A stretch of 64,000 nt of DNA, taken from NCBI RefSeq assembly GCF_009914755.1, contig NC_060929.1; one strand, 5' to 3'. Position 1 is the stretch's first letter; each line of letters opens with the position of its first letter. This stretch comes from the human T2T-CHM13v2.0 reference genome, Homo sapiens. Both the position numbers and the translations under genes were made by a program. The notes under the pieces were generated by a model. It was not told the DNA's origin. It saw only the letters and a program-made list of their open reading frames with translations, and did not search any database. This document shows, piece by piece, positions 1-11,977 of this stretch.

Positions 1-61
1 TCTTGAGGTTTTGTAGAAGATATTTGAGGCTCTTGGTGTTTTCTTGTTTTTTGTTTCATCA

Positions 62-455
<394 letters not shown>

Positions 456-953
456 CCTTTTCTGCAGTGATAAGATTCATGGGTGTTGTCATAGGAAGCA
501 GTCTACTTTCTTCCTGTCAACTCAGTACTGATCATTGCAAATTAAATACTTGTATGTTCATTTAAAAACTAATTACTGGTTTTCCAAAGAAGCATCCCTA
601 TTGTGGGAAGAGATCTTTAATGGTAGTTGGAAAGTATAGTGATAAATAAAATCCCCTCTATATATTCATATATTACCTAATCTGTATATATGTAATTTCA
701 AGACTTGTATCTGAAATAATCAAACCTAATGATTGTTTTTTTCAAGTGTGAGAACATGTGCCATTAAATATTTTCTCTTAAAAGTCAAGGAATAGTGATA
801 TGACCTATTTTTTGTGGATTAAAATCATGTGGATGAATCTTATAGGTGTAAGAGCTCTCATTTGACAGAATAAACTTCACTAAGGAAATAGCCTATGGAA
901 AAAATTGTATAGGATACAGCAATAACTATATTAACTTACCTTATGTTCTCCAG

Positions 954-1099
954 ACTTTTCTTCACAGGAATTAGAGATTTTCATTTGCTCCTTTTCCTCC
1001 TCCTGGCTTCAAATGTTTGTTGCAGAGGCAGTCTTTAAAAAGTTGTGTCTACAGAGCTCTGGCAGTGTTTCTTCTGAGCCACTCTCTCTTCAGAAAATG
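954..1099 (+). CDS. SLF1: SLF1 (ANKRD32, SMC5-SMC6 localization factor 1) internal coding exon, (D)FSSQELEIFICSFSSSWLQMFVAEAVFKKLCLQSSGSVSSEPLSLQKM
   Basis: Acceptor ttatgttctccag|953/954, donor ATG|gtaagt at 1099/1100; open frame that continues in phase into the next five exons; peptide recognised as human SLF1. Confidence 0.9.
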
Positions 1100-1103
1100 G
1101 TAA

Positions 1104-1444
<341 letters not shown>

Positions 1445-1566
1445 CACAAACTCAATTTTAAAAAATTCTTAGTTATTTCAAGTAAGTAGGCAGAATATAT
1501 TAATTCATAAATATTTCAATTCTGTATAAAAGCTAGTATATTTCTGTCTCTAATTAGAGTAATGAA

Positions 1567-1752
1567 AGCCAGCGGCCGTGCTGAGTGCCTGTAGGTGAGT
1601 GCCTGCAGGTGAGTGCCTGTAGTTCCAGCTACTCAGGAGACTGAGGCGGGAGGATTGCTTAATCCCCAGAATTTGAAGCTGTAGTGCATTATGGTTGCAC
1701 TTGTGCATAGCCACTGCATTCCATCCTGGACAACATAGTGAGACCCCTTCTC
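1567..1752 (+). mobile_element. Old Alu monomer (FRAM/AluJ right arm) carrying a 14-bp triplication
   Basis: cctgtagttccagctactcaggagactgaggcgggaggattgctt...ggacaacatagtgagaccc. Confidence 0.75.
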
Positions 1753-1794
1753 CAGGGGCAGTGGGGGGAAGGTAATCACCAAATAGAAATTTTA

Positions 1795-2121
<327 letters not shown>

Positions 2122-2886
2122 AGAAATTTTAATTACTTTTGAGCGTAGCCAAGGGTTGATCATAGAAAACTAAAAAATCCTTGTTTCCTAATAAAATTCC
2201 TACATAGGTTATTATTTTGGAAAGAACTAGATCCAACAAAATTCTAAATGGTATTTAAAAAGCAAAATATTATGCATATAAGCTACATTTGATTTAAAGT
2301 TTTCCAGTTTTATTTTGGCTATCTTTAGATATTAATATTTAATAATAATTATTTATTATTATTAATAAGGCAATATTAATTTAGATATGTAGATATTAAT
2401 ATCTATCTTTAGATATTAATATCTTTAGATATTAGTCAAATTCTGTTTTGCAACAATCCTTTAAGGATGTTTTTATTCCTTATTTTGTTTTCTGTTGAAG
2501 AAAGACTTGTTTTCTGTTCAAGGCATTATCAGAATGGAAATTACAAAATACCAGTTGTATGTAAATCATACATATAAAATGTGCAAATGAATCATACCTG
2601 TTGGGCATAAGACTAATCAAAAGAGCTTTCCTAAATGAGGATCAAAATTGAATTAGAAAAAAATAATTATTTTTAAGAAGGTGTTTTTCTGGTTGTTCAC
2701 ATGGTATTGACTTTGACACAAAACTAGTTTTCTTAATATTTTATTATGTTCAACCAAGATAGAGTGGCAACCATAGTGATGCAACCAAGAAAATATAACC
2801 AAATGTAATAGTGAAATGAATCAAATAATTTCTCTTTACTGCTGTTTTTGTAGTTGAGAAAATAATGCAATATTATTTTTCAACAG

Positions 2887-3050
2887 GTATATTCCTATTT
2901 ACCAGCCTTGGGGAAAACTGGTGTGCTTGGGTCTGGAAAGATTCAGGTGTCAAAGAAAATAGGACAGCGGCCTTGTTTTGACTCTCAGAGAACCTTACTA
3001 ATGCTGAATGGTACTAAACAAAAACAAGTCGAAGGGCTGCCAGAGTTACT
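2887..3050 (+). CDS. SLF1: SLF1 coding exon VYSYLPALGKTGVLGSGKIQVSKKIGQRPCFDSQRTLLMLNGTKQKQVEGLPEL(L)
   Basis: ttttcaacag|GTA acceptor, CT|gtaagt donor; 164 nt, phase 0 to 2, compatible with both neighbours. Confidence 0.93.
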
Positions 3051-3856
3051 GTAAGTGATGCTGATATCCCAGCTGTGCTTTGTTTTGGAGTACAGCTCTT
3101 TCTCTGATGCATTTCTTGAACTTAATGGTTATCTGTGATACTGTCTGAATTATACTGATTAGATCAAAACTCAATTTTAGATCTATTTGATCAACATTTT
3201 CTGTTTCTGTAATTCAAGGTACATGCTTTCTAAGTGCTTCCCAAAAGAAATAAAACTGCTCATCAAATTATTGATGAATTATTGATGAAATACAGTTCCA
3301 CACAATTTTTGCCCTATGATTTGAATGACTACTTTGCCATAATATAGATGGGATTTCAGAATGCATGGTCATATGAGATATCCTGTATCATTATAGTAGT
3401 TTCCCCAAAATGAGAAACCTCCTCTAAAAGTATAAGGTGTATAAAAGTGTATGTTGTATAAAACTCAGAAAGCCTGAAAGCTTCTGTGAGAGGAAGAAGA
3501 GAATAGAATCAGAATATGAAAGTAAGAATGGGGAGCAGAGGCCTGCTTGATCTTAGCTTTCTGCTTTATTCTCTCTGCCAAATATGGTTTAACTGGTCTT
3601 TTTCTCTTTATTTGACATTCTGTATTTATAAATTTAGTGAGCAGTTGGGGGAGTAGGACTAATAAAAGAAAATTAGTGCACTGAAGTTTGTTTCTACACA
3701 GTTGAAATAAATTTTAAAATTAGAAAGCAGTAAAGATTGAATGAGTAAGGGAGTTTAAATTAAAAGGGGGCTAGACTTTTAAAAAATACCATCTAATGTA
3801 TGCTGGCACGCCTTGCTGAAAAACAAGCTTTCATTATTTCTTACTTTTCCTTTCAG

Positions 3857-3990
3857 AGACCTGAACCTTGCTAAATGTTCCTCATCATTAAAAAAATTGA
3901 AAAAGAAGTCAGAAGGAGAATTGTCATGTTCCAAGGAGAATTGCCCCTCTGTAGTTAAAAAGATGAATTTTCACAAGACTAATCTAAAAG
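3857..3990 (+). CDS. SLF1: SLF1 coding exon DLNLAKCSSSLKKLKKKSEGELSCSKENCPSVVKKMNFHKTNLK(G)
   Basis: cttttcctttcag|A acceptor, AAAG|gtattc donor; lies within ORF 3813-4007; phase 2 to 1. Confidence 0.93.
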
Positions 3991-5305
3991 GTATTCCAAG
4001 TATTTAAATTAATTTATGCTAAGAACTTTTCATGGTTATAGTCAGTACTTGCAGGTTTCACACATTTGCCCTGATGAATACTTGAACTTAAATATTGGAC
4101 TAGGTCCAGGAAGTACCTTCTTGGATAACGTATTATTTTCTTGAACTGTCATTTATGCAAAGAAAGTGATTGTTTAATAACCAGTATAATAGAGTATTCT
4201 TTCCTTTTTTTCCTCTCCCTGCCATTACAGATATGAAACACAGTGTAGCATTCATTGAGCTCATTCCAGACTTGCCCGCCTTACTTTTCTATTCCATCTC
4301 AACCTGTGCTGCTTAGGATCAGTGTCTTCTGATTTGAAAGTATAATTCAGTCTTCATCTCTTTCAGTCCTAGACATTTTGTGAACAAAGAATGAAGAGTA
4401 GGCTATGTTACATAGCTGTGTTAAGCATATGGGCTCTTTTCTTCCAGGCATTGAGCCCAGACTATGAAATGTGTTTGGCTTTTGGTTCTAACTATACTGG
4501 AACCTAAGTACCTAAAGGATGAAATAACAAGAATAGCATAATAATTCACTTTGGCACCTCTTTTACTTAGCCACCTCATAACTTGTAAATGGATCTTCCA
4601 GAAGTCTATACCTGGCCAAAGTAAATTGCTGAGTCTTTTTTGTTGTTGTTGTTTATGAGTTATATCTTGTTTTTAATACAAATATTAACATTATGACACC
4701 CATGGAAATAGTGACAGTGAAGCACTTATATTTCAATGTGATATAAGTTCATAATTGCATATTACAGATTCAAAATAACTGTCCATTTGACTTGGAATAT
4801 GAAAATTATATTAGATGAGAACTCAGATATTAATTTCACAAATCAGCGTTCTTTTTCTTTGTTTTATTGTTTCAGAAAGTAAAATGAATATGAATGATTT
4901 TAGGCAGAACAGCAGAAGGAACTGGGAGAGAGGAAGAGAATTGAGATATAGTAGAGAAAAACTTCAAAAGCTTTTTATGCATGTAAAAAAATGTTTTTGT
5001 AGAAGTTAGAGATAATCTGTAAAACTGAACACTGTAAAAATGTGCTACTTAGTATTTTATAGTAAGAACAAATTAGATTCAGTATTTCATTTTGTTTCCT
5101 AAGCAGTCATTTATAGTAATTTTTTTAAAATTCCCCTTAAATAATCACTTATATCTTATTAATCTTGGTTGTAACAGTGATGGATATAGACAATTTTAGC
5201 CAGAAGGCATTAATTGCGTCTCTCCTAGAAAAAACCTTGTCATTTCTATTTGTTACTCTTGTTCAGCTTTAAATGGTACTAGGGATTTTTTTTTTTTTTA
5301 CATCC

Positions 5306-5342
5306 GTGTGTGTGTCTGTGTGTGTGTGTGTGTGTGGTGTGT
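5306..5342. repeat. Imperfect (TG)n microsatellite preceded by a T run
   Basis: gtgtgtgtgtctgtgtgtgtgtgtgtgtgtggtgtgt. Confidence 0.9.
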
Positions 5343-5947
5343 TTATATTAAGATTCCTCCATTTCTCCCTCTCTCTGCTGTTGTAGCCAAGCCAGACAGC
5401 CTATTGAGAAGCAGCAAACCATCTGTTAATGGATTTGAAGTTCTGAATTATACTTGAGTGTGTAGAGGCACTCATGCTTAGCCAGAAACATTCATTTGAA
5501 TTAAGCTATAAATGCTGTATAAAAAAGAGCCATACATTTAATGTAGGTTCATGAATAAATTTAAGAGAGGGCAATTGCACTCTAAACTTTTATTGCTGCA
5601 AAACCCAGTATTTTTGGTGTTCTCTGATCATTTGGGGGTTTTATAGCAGGATTGAAGCTTTAAACCTTGAACTAGGGGAGACAATGCCTGTGTTAAACCT
5701 TTTGCAGTAGAATTTCATTGCTGAATTGCTGATAGAACAGAAGCAGTATGGATTGGTGGGGGTCCTTCCCCTTCCCACCCCCCACCCCCGCCTTTTTAAA
5801 TGCAGGGGATGTTTAAACCAGTCAAAAGAAGAACTCAATAAATAAATTTCTGGCATGGGGCCAGATCTCCTAGTTCATGCCCTTTGATTATTTTTTTTAG
5901 TTGATATCTTGTCTTCTCTGGAATAATCTATTAATTTTTTATGGCAG

Positions 5948-6040
5948 GAGAAACAGCCCTGCATAGAGCTTGCATAAATAACCAAGTGGAGAAATTGATT
6001 CTTCTTCTCTCTTTGCCAGGAATAGACATCAATGTTAAAG
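5948..6040 (+). CDS. SLF1: SLF1 coding exon, first ankyrin repeat (G)ETALHRACINNQVEKLILLLSLPGIDINVK(D)
   Basis: ggcag|GA acceptor, AAAG|gtaagt donor; GxTALHxA ankyrin signature; 93 nt, phase 1 to 1. Confidence 0.95.
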
Positions 6041-6457
6041 GTAAGTTTTAAATCTTTGTGGTCTAGTCCAATGTCTTAATATTTGTGATATTAAACAGTT
6101 TTATATCACATTAAGAAAAATTATTTAAGTAAATTTACCTAAGGTATCTTAAAAGTATAAGAAAAATTTCTTAGCAAAGCCAAGAAATTTCTCATATATT
6201 GATTTATAACTAATGGTATAAAAACATTTTTTGGTGTCCATATTTTGATAATACCCAACATTAATATTTTAAAATTGTTTTTATTTTAATTTTTTAAGGT
6301 AGAAATATGATTACACCCTAGACATTTTTATCACAGCATTCTTTTTGTATATGAAGCACCTAGAAAGTCACACTGATGAGAAAAGTAGAACATCAGTACT
6401 TTTCTACCAAAAGTCCTACTTCTGCTGTTTTAAAACTTGCCTTGATTTCTAATTTAG

Positions 6458-6640
6458 ACAATGCTGGCTGGACGCCTTTGCATGAAGCCTGTAACTATGG
6501 CAACACAGTGTGTGTCCAGGAAATTTTGCAACGTTGTCCAGAGGTAGATCTGCTCACTCAAGTGGACGGGGTGACTCCTTTGCATGATGCACTGTCAAAC
6601 GGACATGTAGAAATTGGCAAGCTGCTACTACAGCATGGGG
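6458..6640 (+). CDS. SLF1: SLF1 coding exon, ankyrin repeats 2-3 (D)NAGWTPLHEACNYG...DGVTPLHDALSNGHVEIGKLLLQHG(G)
   Basis: aatttag|AC acceptor, GGGG|gtgagt donor; two TPLH ankyrin motifs of BARD1/TONSL type. Confidence 0.97.
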
Positions 6641-9214
6641 GTGAGTGTGTTTATGCTAAATGGGTTTTGATAAATTATCCAGTTTTTTGATGAATCCTGC
6701 AGAGGTAGATAGCATTTTATGTTTAAAATCTGTAAGGAAAGATGCCTTTATTTCATATTAATGAAAAAGTAAGGATAAAAAGTCTCCTAAAACGTAAGCA
6801 CCTTTTATTATTAGAGATAAAATCCTTTTCATAATGTATATTTGTTTATGTATATATTATTAAGCCTATTTAGGTTCGTGTATGAGAGTCTGTTTTTGAA
6901 TTGAGTTTGCTGGTTTTAAATATTTATCTTTTTCCTTCAGGTGTGTAATGTCTTTGTGAGCCAGTCATTTCTGAAAGCTTATTGATAAATGGATATAAAT
7001 GTTCAATTGTGATTACCTGGATTTTTTCATTTCCTGTATGTAACTACAAACTCAATCTTATTTTTAATGAGTCATTTCTGTACAGACTGTAAAAAAATGA
7101 TATCCTAGAATATTTTTCGTCATTCACATTTTGCAGCCAATTAAGTTAAAGCAGGAGGATTTTCAAATGGTGATAACTGTTATGCAGGGGTTTTGTGAAG
7201 GAGGTAACTTGAGCTGAATATTCATCTGCGTTTTTCCTGCTGATTTTTGATCTTTGCTTTCAGCAAGGCCCCACATTATTTCAGTGTCATTCTTCTTATA
7301 TCTAAACTGAATAATATAAATTTTACAACAAAATGTTCAAAACGGATTGGTGCTTTTAAAAGAAAAAAAGAAAACTGATGACCAGCTTAGAATATGGAAA
7401 CAAAGATTTGTAGAAATTACTTGTCGTTTTTATTTGTATTAATTTTACATTTAAATTTAACATTATCTTATCCTGTAATTAAAACATTTGATTGTGCATA
7501 AAGACAAAAAGCGTATTTTCTTAAGATGTCTTTTTAGTATATATGCATCTAAGGAAGGCTGTATAGCATGGGAGTTTAAGACATTTGGTTATATATAGTC
7601 TTCTCCTGCCCCCTAAAGGCCTTAGTGTGTCTGTTTTACTGATATCATTTCATAGTCAATGTTTTTCAGTTCTTCTACCTTGTTTTTTTTAGTATTCTGT
7701 GTTTACTAAACCATAAGTTCTACCTCCTTAATGTTTTATTTTTCTACTCAGCCGTGTGTCTGGCATTCAGGCCAATATTTGTTAGGAGCCATTATTGTAT
7801 TAGGTCCAGCTCTTCAGTAGAGTATGGCATTATACCAACCAATGTGAATTTTTCTAGGGCTCTTAGTGGAGAATAGTAAAGAGATGAGTTTCTCCTCCTA
7901 GAAGAGGAAATCTAATTGTTTTTGTTTTTATCAAGGTCCTTTGGCAGTCGTACAGACTTGTTTCTGCCTTAGTCATATTCTGGGTTTGGACCTGTCAAGT
8001 GGTTTGACACTTATATTGAAGTAACTGCATTATCTATTCATTGTGAGTCACTCAGCCTCAAGAGCAATAATTTCAAGAATTTATTTATTTCTCTAAAACG
8101 TTTGTTTACTTTTGGTATCCTGTGTCCGTAATTTTGTCTTTTTTTTTTTTTTTAAACAGAAGTAACTTGGAACAATTTTTTTGAGATGTTGGCACAGTGA
8201 AAAGGAGCCTAATTTTGTTTTAGAATTATCTTCTTTCCATAAATTATACATTAATCATATTATCAATGGTTGATCTTTTATATTAAGTACATTTTATATC
8301 TATGCTACTATGTATGTCTGATCAGAGTCATCATTATGAATTTTAGCAGTTATAATCAGTTCTCTCTTTCTGACAATATGATCTATGTTATAATTGTAGG
8401 ACCTAGTGATTATGTCTGCTAGTACTAAAATCTTTATATCCCCTGTAACGTTTTTATGGCCAAGTGCATAAATAATTATAAGACTTGACTGATGAAGGCA
8501 AAAGTACTCCTATACTTTGCTATGTAACCAAATACTGAGTTATGTTTTGCCTTCTCCACATCATCCTTTAGTACTTAGTGGATAAACTCTATCTTTAGTA
8601 CTTTCTAAGTAGGTAGTTAAATGAGTTTAACTAGTATAGATGGATGAGATCTGAGTTTGATCTAGAAGAATTAATATGTAATTTGTGTGAACCAGTTACC
8701 TGTACTAAACATTGAACACAAGCAAGGGTAATATGAAAACTGTTCTCTATCTGTGCAAGGTTTTGTAGTCTTTGCACTGCTAGAATTGTTTATTAGCAAT
8801 GAAAGGGGCACTACTTTTTCCTCTTGGTGATATTTTGAGATACCCCTGAGGCTCTTGTATAGAATTTATAAGATGAATAATACATTTTTAAGATTTCTTC
8901 TGGGAACACTGAAATTCTTATTTTAAAATGACAGTTGATAAAGTTTTATAAAAGTTTTTATTTGTAGTTGTATTTATTATTTATTTAACGGAGGCATGCA
9001 CGTTTGGGGAAACCTTATTAGGTAATTGACTAGAATTTTTTTAATGTACCTTTATTCGTCTATATATATAGTCAGTTAATTGTGTCGACATGAATTAATA
9101 CAAAATATGATTGCAAAGAAAGCACTGGATGCTTTGGGAAAAAGGAGAAAAGAGCTGTTAAGCTGCCAAAATAGAAATGTTTTACTTGCAACATTTTGCA
9201 TTTTCTTTTCACAG

Positions 9215-9696
9215 GCCCAGTGCTTTTACAACAGAGGAATGCTAAGGGAGAATTGCCCTTGGATTATGTGGTTTCACCTCAAATCAAAGAAGAACTGTTT
9301 GCTATTACAAAAATAGAAGATACAGTGGAGAACTTTCATGCACAAGCAGAGAAACATTTTCATTACCAGCAACTTGAATTTGGCTCCTTTTTACTTAGTA
9401 GGATGTTGCTAAATTTTTGTTCAATTTTTGATTTATCTTCAGAGTTCATTTTAGCTTCCAAAGGGTTAACTCATCTAAATGAACTGCTTATGGCTTGTAA
9501 AAGTCATAAAGAAACCACCAGTGTTCATACTGACTGGTTACTGGATCTTTATGCTGGAAATATAAAGACATTGCAGAAACTCCCACACATTCTTAAGGAA
9601 CTGCCTGAGAATTTGAAAGTGTGTCCTGGGGTACACACTGAGGCCTTGATGATAACATTGGAAATGATGTGTCGGTCAGTCATGGAGTTTTCATGA
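9215..9696 (+). CDS. SLF1: SLF1 terminal coding exon (G)PVLLQQRNAKGELPLDY...MMCRSVMEFS*
   Basis: ttttcttttcacag|GC acceptor; ORF 9196-9696; stop TGA at 9694-9696 followed by a second in-frame TGA. Confidence 0.97.
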
Positions 9697-10012
9697 TGAT
9701 GCTAGAAAGTATGGATTGACTTTCTAAATCTGTTCAGTTTGCATTGGTACTTACTGTGGACTTCATAGCTTACTGACAGATAGTAATTTGATTTATTTAT
9801 TGACAGACTTTGCAGCCTTGCTAAATTTTAAAAGCATTTTTAAAAAAACTTCTACAAAACTCTAGTATGGGCTTCTGACTTTTTCCAGGGTGTAGAATTT
9901 GACTCAAAAGTAAAAATAATTTTGTTTTAGTATATTCTACTTTCATTAATGTTTTTTTGTTCTGAAAGTGATATTATATTGTACATGTAAAATTAATTTA
10001 AATATTTTTTCA

Positions 10013-10018
10013 AATAAA
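10013..10018 (+). terminator. Candidate proximal SLF1 poly(A) signal AATAAA
   Basis: First AATAAA after the stop, with upstream TGTA motifs (9980, 9986) and GT-rich downstream sequence. Confidence 0.55.
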
Positions 10019-11971
10019 AATGTAATGTCCTGTATTCTAGATGTTCTAGGTCTTAGAATCATGGCAAGCATATTCATACAAATGCGTACCTATAAACTTG
10101 TAGCTCCTGACTCTTAGGGATGGATTTTGAGGAAAAAACAAGACTAAACAAAAACATGTAGCTCCCTATTTCTTCTCTCTAGGTTGTTGGACTGAAATAT
10201 GCATTTTAGCTTTGTGTGTTTCTAAAATAAACATTTCTAAAATTTACAGTAATAATTAATATTCTTTTGGTTTTTAAATGCAGCAAATATGCAGAGTCTG
10301 ACAGTTCAATTCCTTGATCTGTTTTATTTTAGCAATTCATATACAAAATGTATCTGTCGCTGCCCTATGTAACCCAGTATTCTGTACCTGAAAACATTCT
10401 GCTGCATAGGTTTATGAGTTTAATATTAAGATATTGAGTGGCATCTAAGTAATAGATTTGAGATTATTTAAGATCTTAATATATAGTATGAATTTACTGA
10501 GTAGTAATGTTTTAATTTGCAGTTTTTCCTTATAGCAGTTTGTAGTAAAACTAAAAGAAAGGGTGTGGATAATAACCACTTTTGAGATTGGAGTTTCTTC
10601 ACTACTGGGAGTAAGTTACATTATGATACAGGTGGAAAATAAACACTTCCATTTAGCTTTTATGTAATTCAAGTGATGACCTTAGCAGTTAATCTGCTAA
10701 AGCAATACACTTCAGTTTTATTTTGGAAATAGATATTTTAACAAGATACAAATGCTCAGTATCATATTACTGGGTTTGTAATCTAAATTGAAAACTGCTA
10801 CATCAGTATGAAAAAATATTTTAAATAAGTACTTTTTCCACACATACTCAGGAAATACTAGTTTCTATTTAGCCTTCAAATTTGGCATCATACAAATCTC
10901 TTTATTATTAATCTGCCAAAGTATCAGACAAAAAATGATATAGTGAAGACTATCTAAGAAGAGTTTAAATGCTTATAGAGAGTAAAGTGCTTCTCCAGAT
11001 GATGAATAAGAACGTTTTTTATTCCAATGAGTACCTCTTTACTTCACTTGTAAAGGTGTCTGGGATAGTGTTTGCTTGGTAAACTAATATAAACTTGTAA
11101 ACATAGGCTTTGACATCATACACATTTTCAAATCCTTGTCTAGTTTCTTAATAACTAAATTGCAAGGCAAATTCTTTTCTGAGCTTTGGCTTTCCTACAT
11201 GTCAAATAGAAATCACACCAGGTATCTTTGTCATGATAGAATTGTTAGCATATCACATCATATGACACTTAATAAATATTATTTCCTTTCTAATTCTTAC
11301 CTCCTCTTTTGATTATAATGAATCATTTAGACAAAAGGCAATATAGTAATTGTTTAAGTTGGTAGTAATTCTAAGGTAATTAAGGAATCAACATCATGAG
11401 TTAGGGTTTTATACTGTTAGTACAAAGTAGTTTTCCAAATTAGATGTTCATAACGTATATTTGTTTAATTGCAATTAGCATTAATATTTCATAATTGACT
11501 GCTCTGTCTGCCAACTTCTACAAGCAGTGATGACATGAAGTGTGAAACAGATGTCACTGAGGTCTCTGCCTTTAAGAAGTTTTACACTTCTTCGAAAGTC
11601 CAACGTGGCAAACATAGGTTACTGTGTTCTGTGCCCTGGCTAACAATACCAGTATATGAGTATGAATCTAAATGTTCAGGAAAAGGCTTCATTCCCAAAA
11701 TTACTTCTTATACTTTATTTTAGAAAACATAATAATAATTGCCTTGAATAATTGCCCAAATCTATCTTGGAGGTATAGGAAGAAGAAATTCTCAATAAGT
11801 AAAGTATAATTCATAGTCTTAGTCCTAGATTTTCAATGGCAGACTTTTCAAAGTTGCATCTGAAGACAAGGTTGAGAAATGCTATTCTTCACTGTATTTT
11901 GCCAGATGTGATATCATAGTTCTATGGAATCATATTTTTTAAATTTCTGTAAGAGACCTTATTACAATGTA

Positions 11972-11977
11972 AATAAA
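11972..11977 (+). terminator. Candidate distal SLF1 poly(A) signal AATAAA
   Basis: tgtaAATAAA hexamer with adjacent upstream TGTA elements. Confidence 0.45.

Noticed and set aside
5750-5790. G-quadruplex/i-motif-like tract in an SLF1 intron
   Set aside because: Short and common genome-wide; nothing else supports a function
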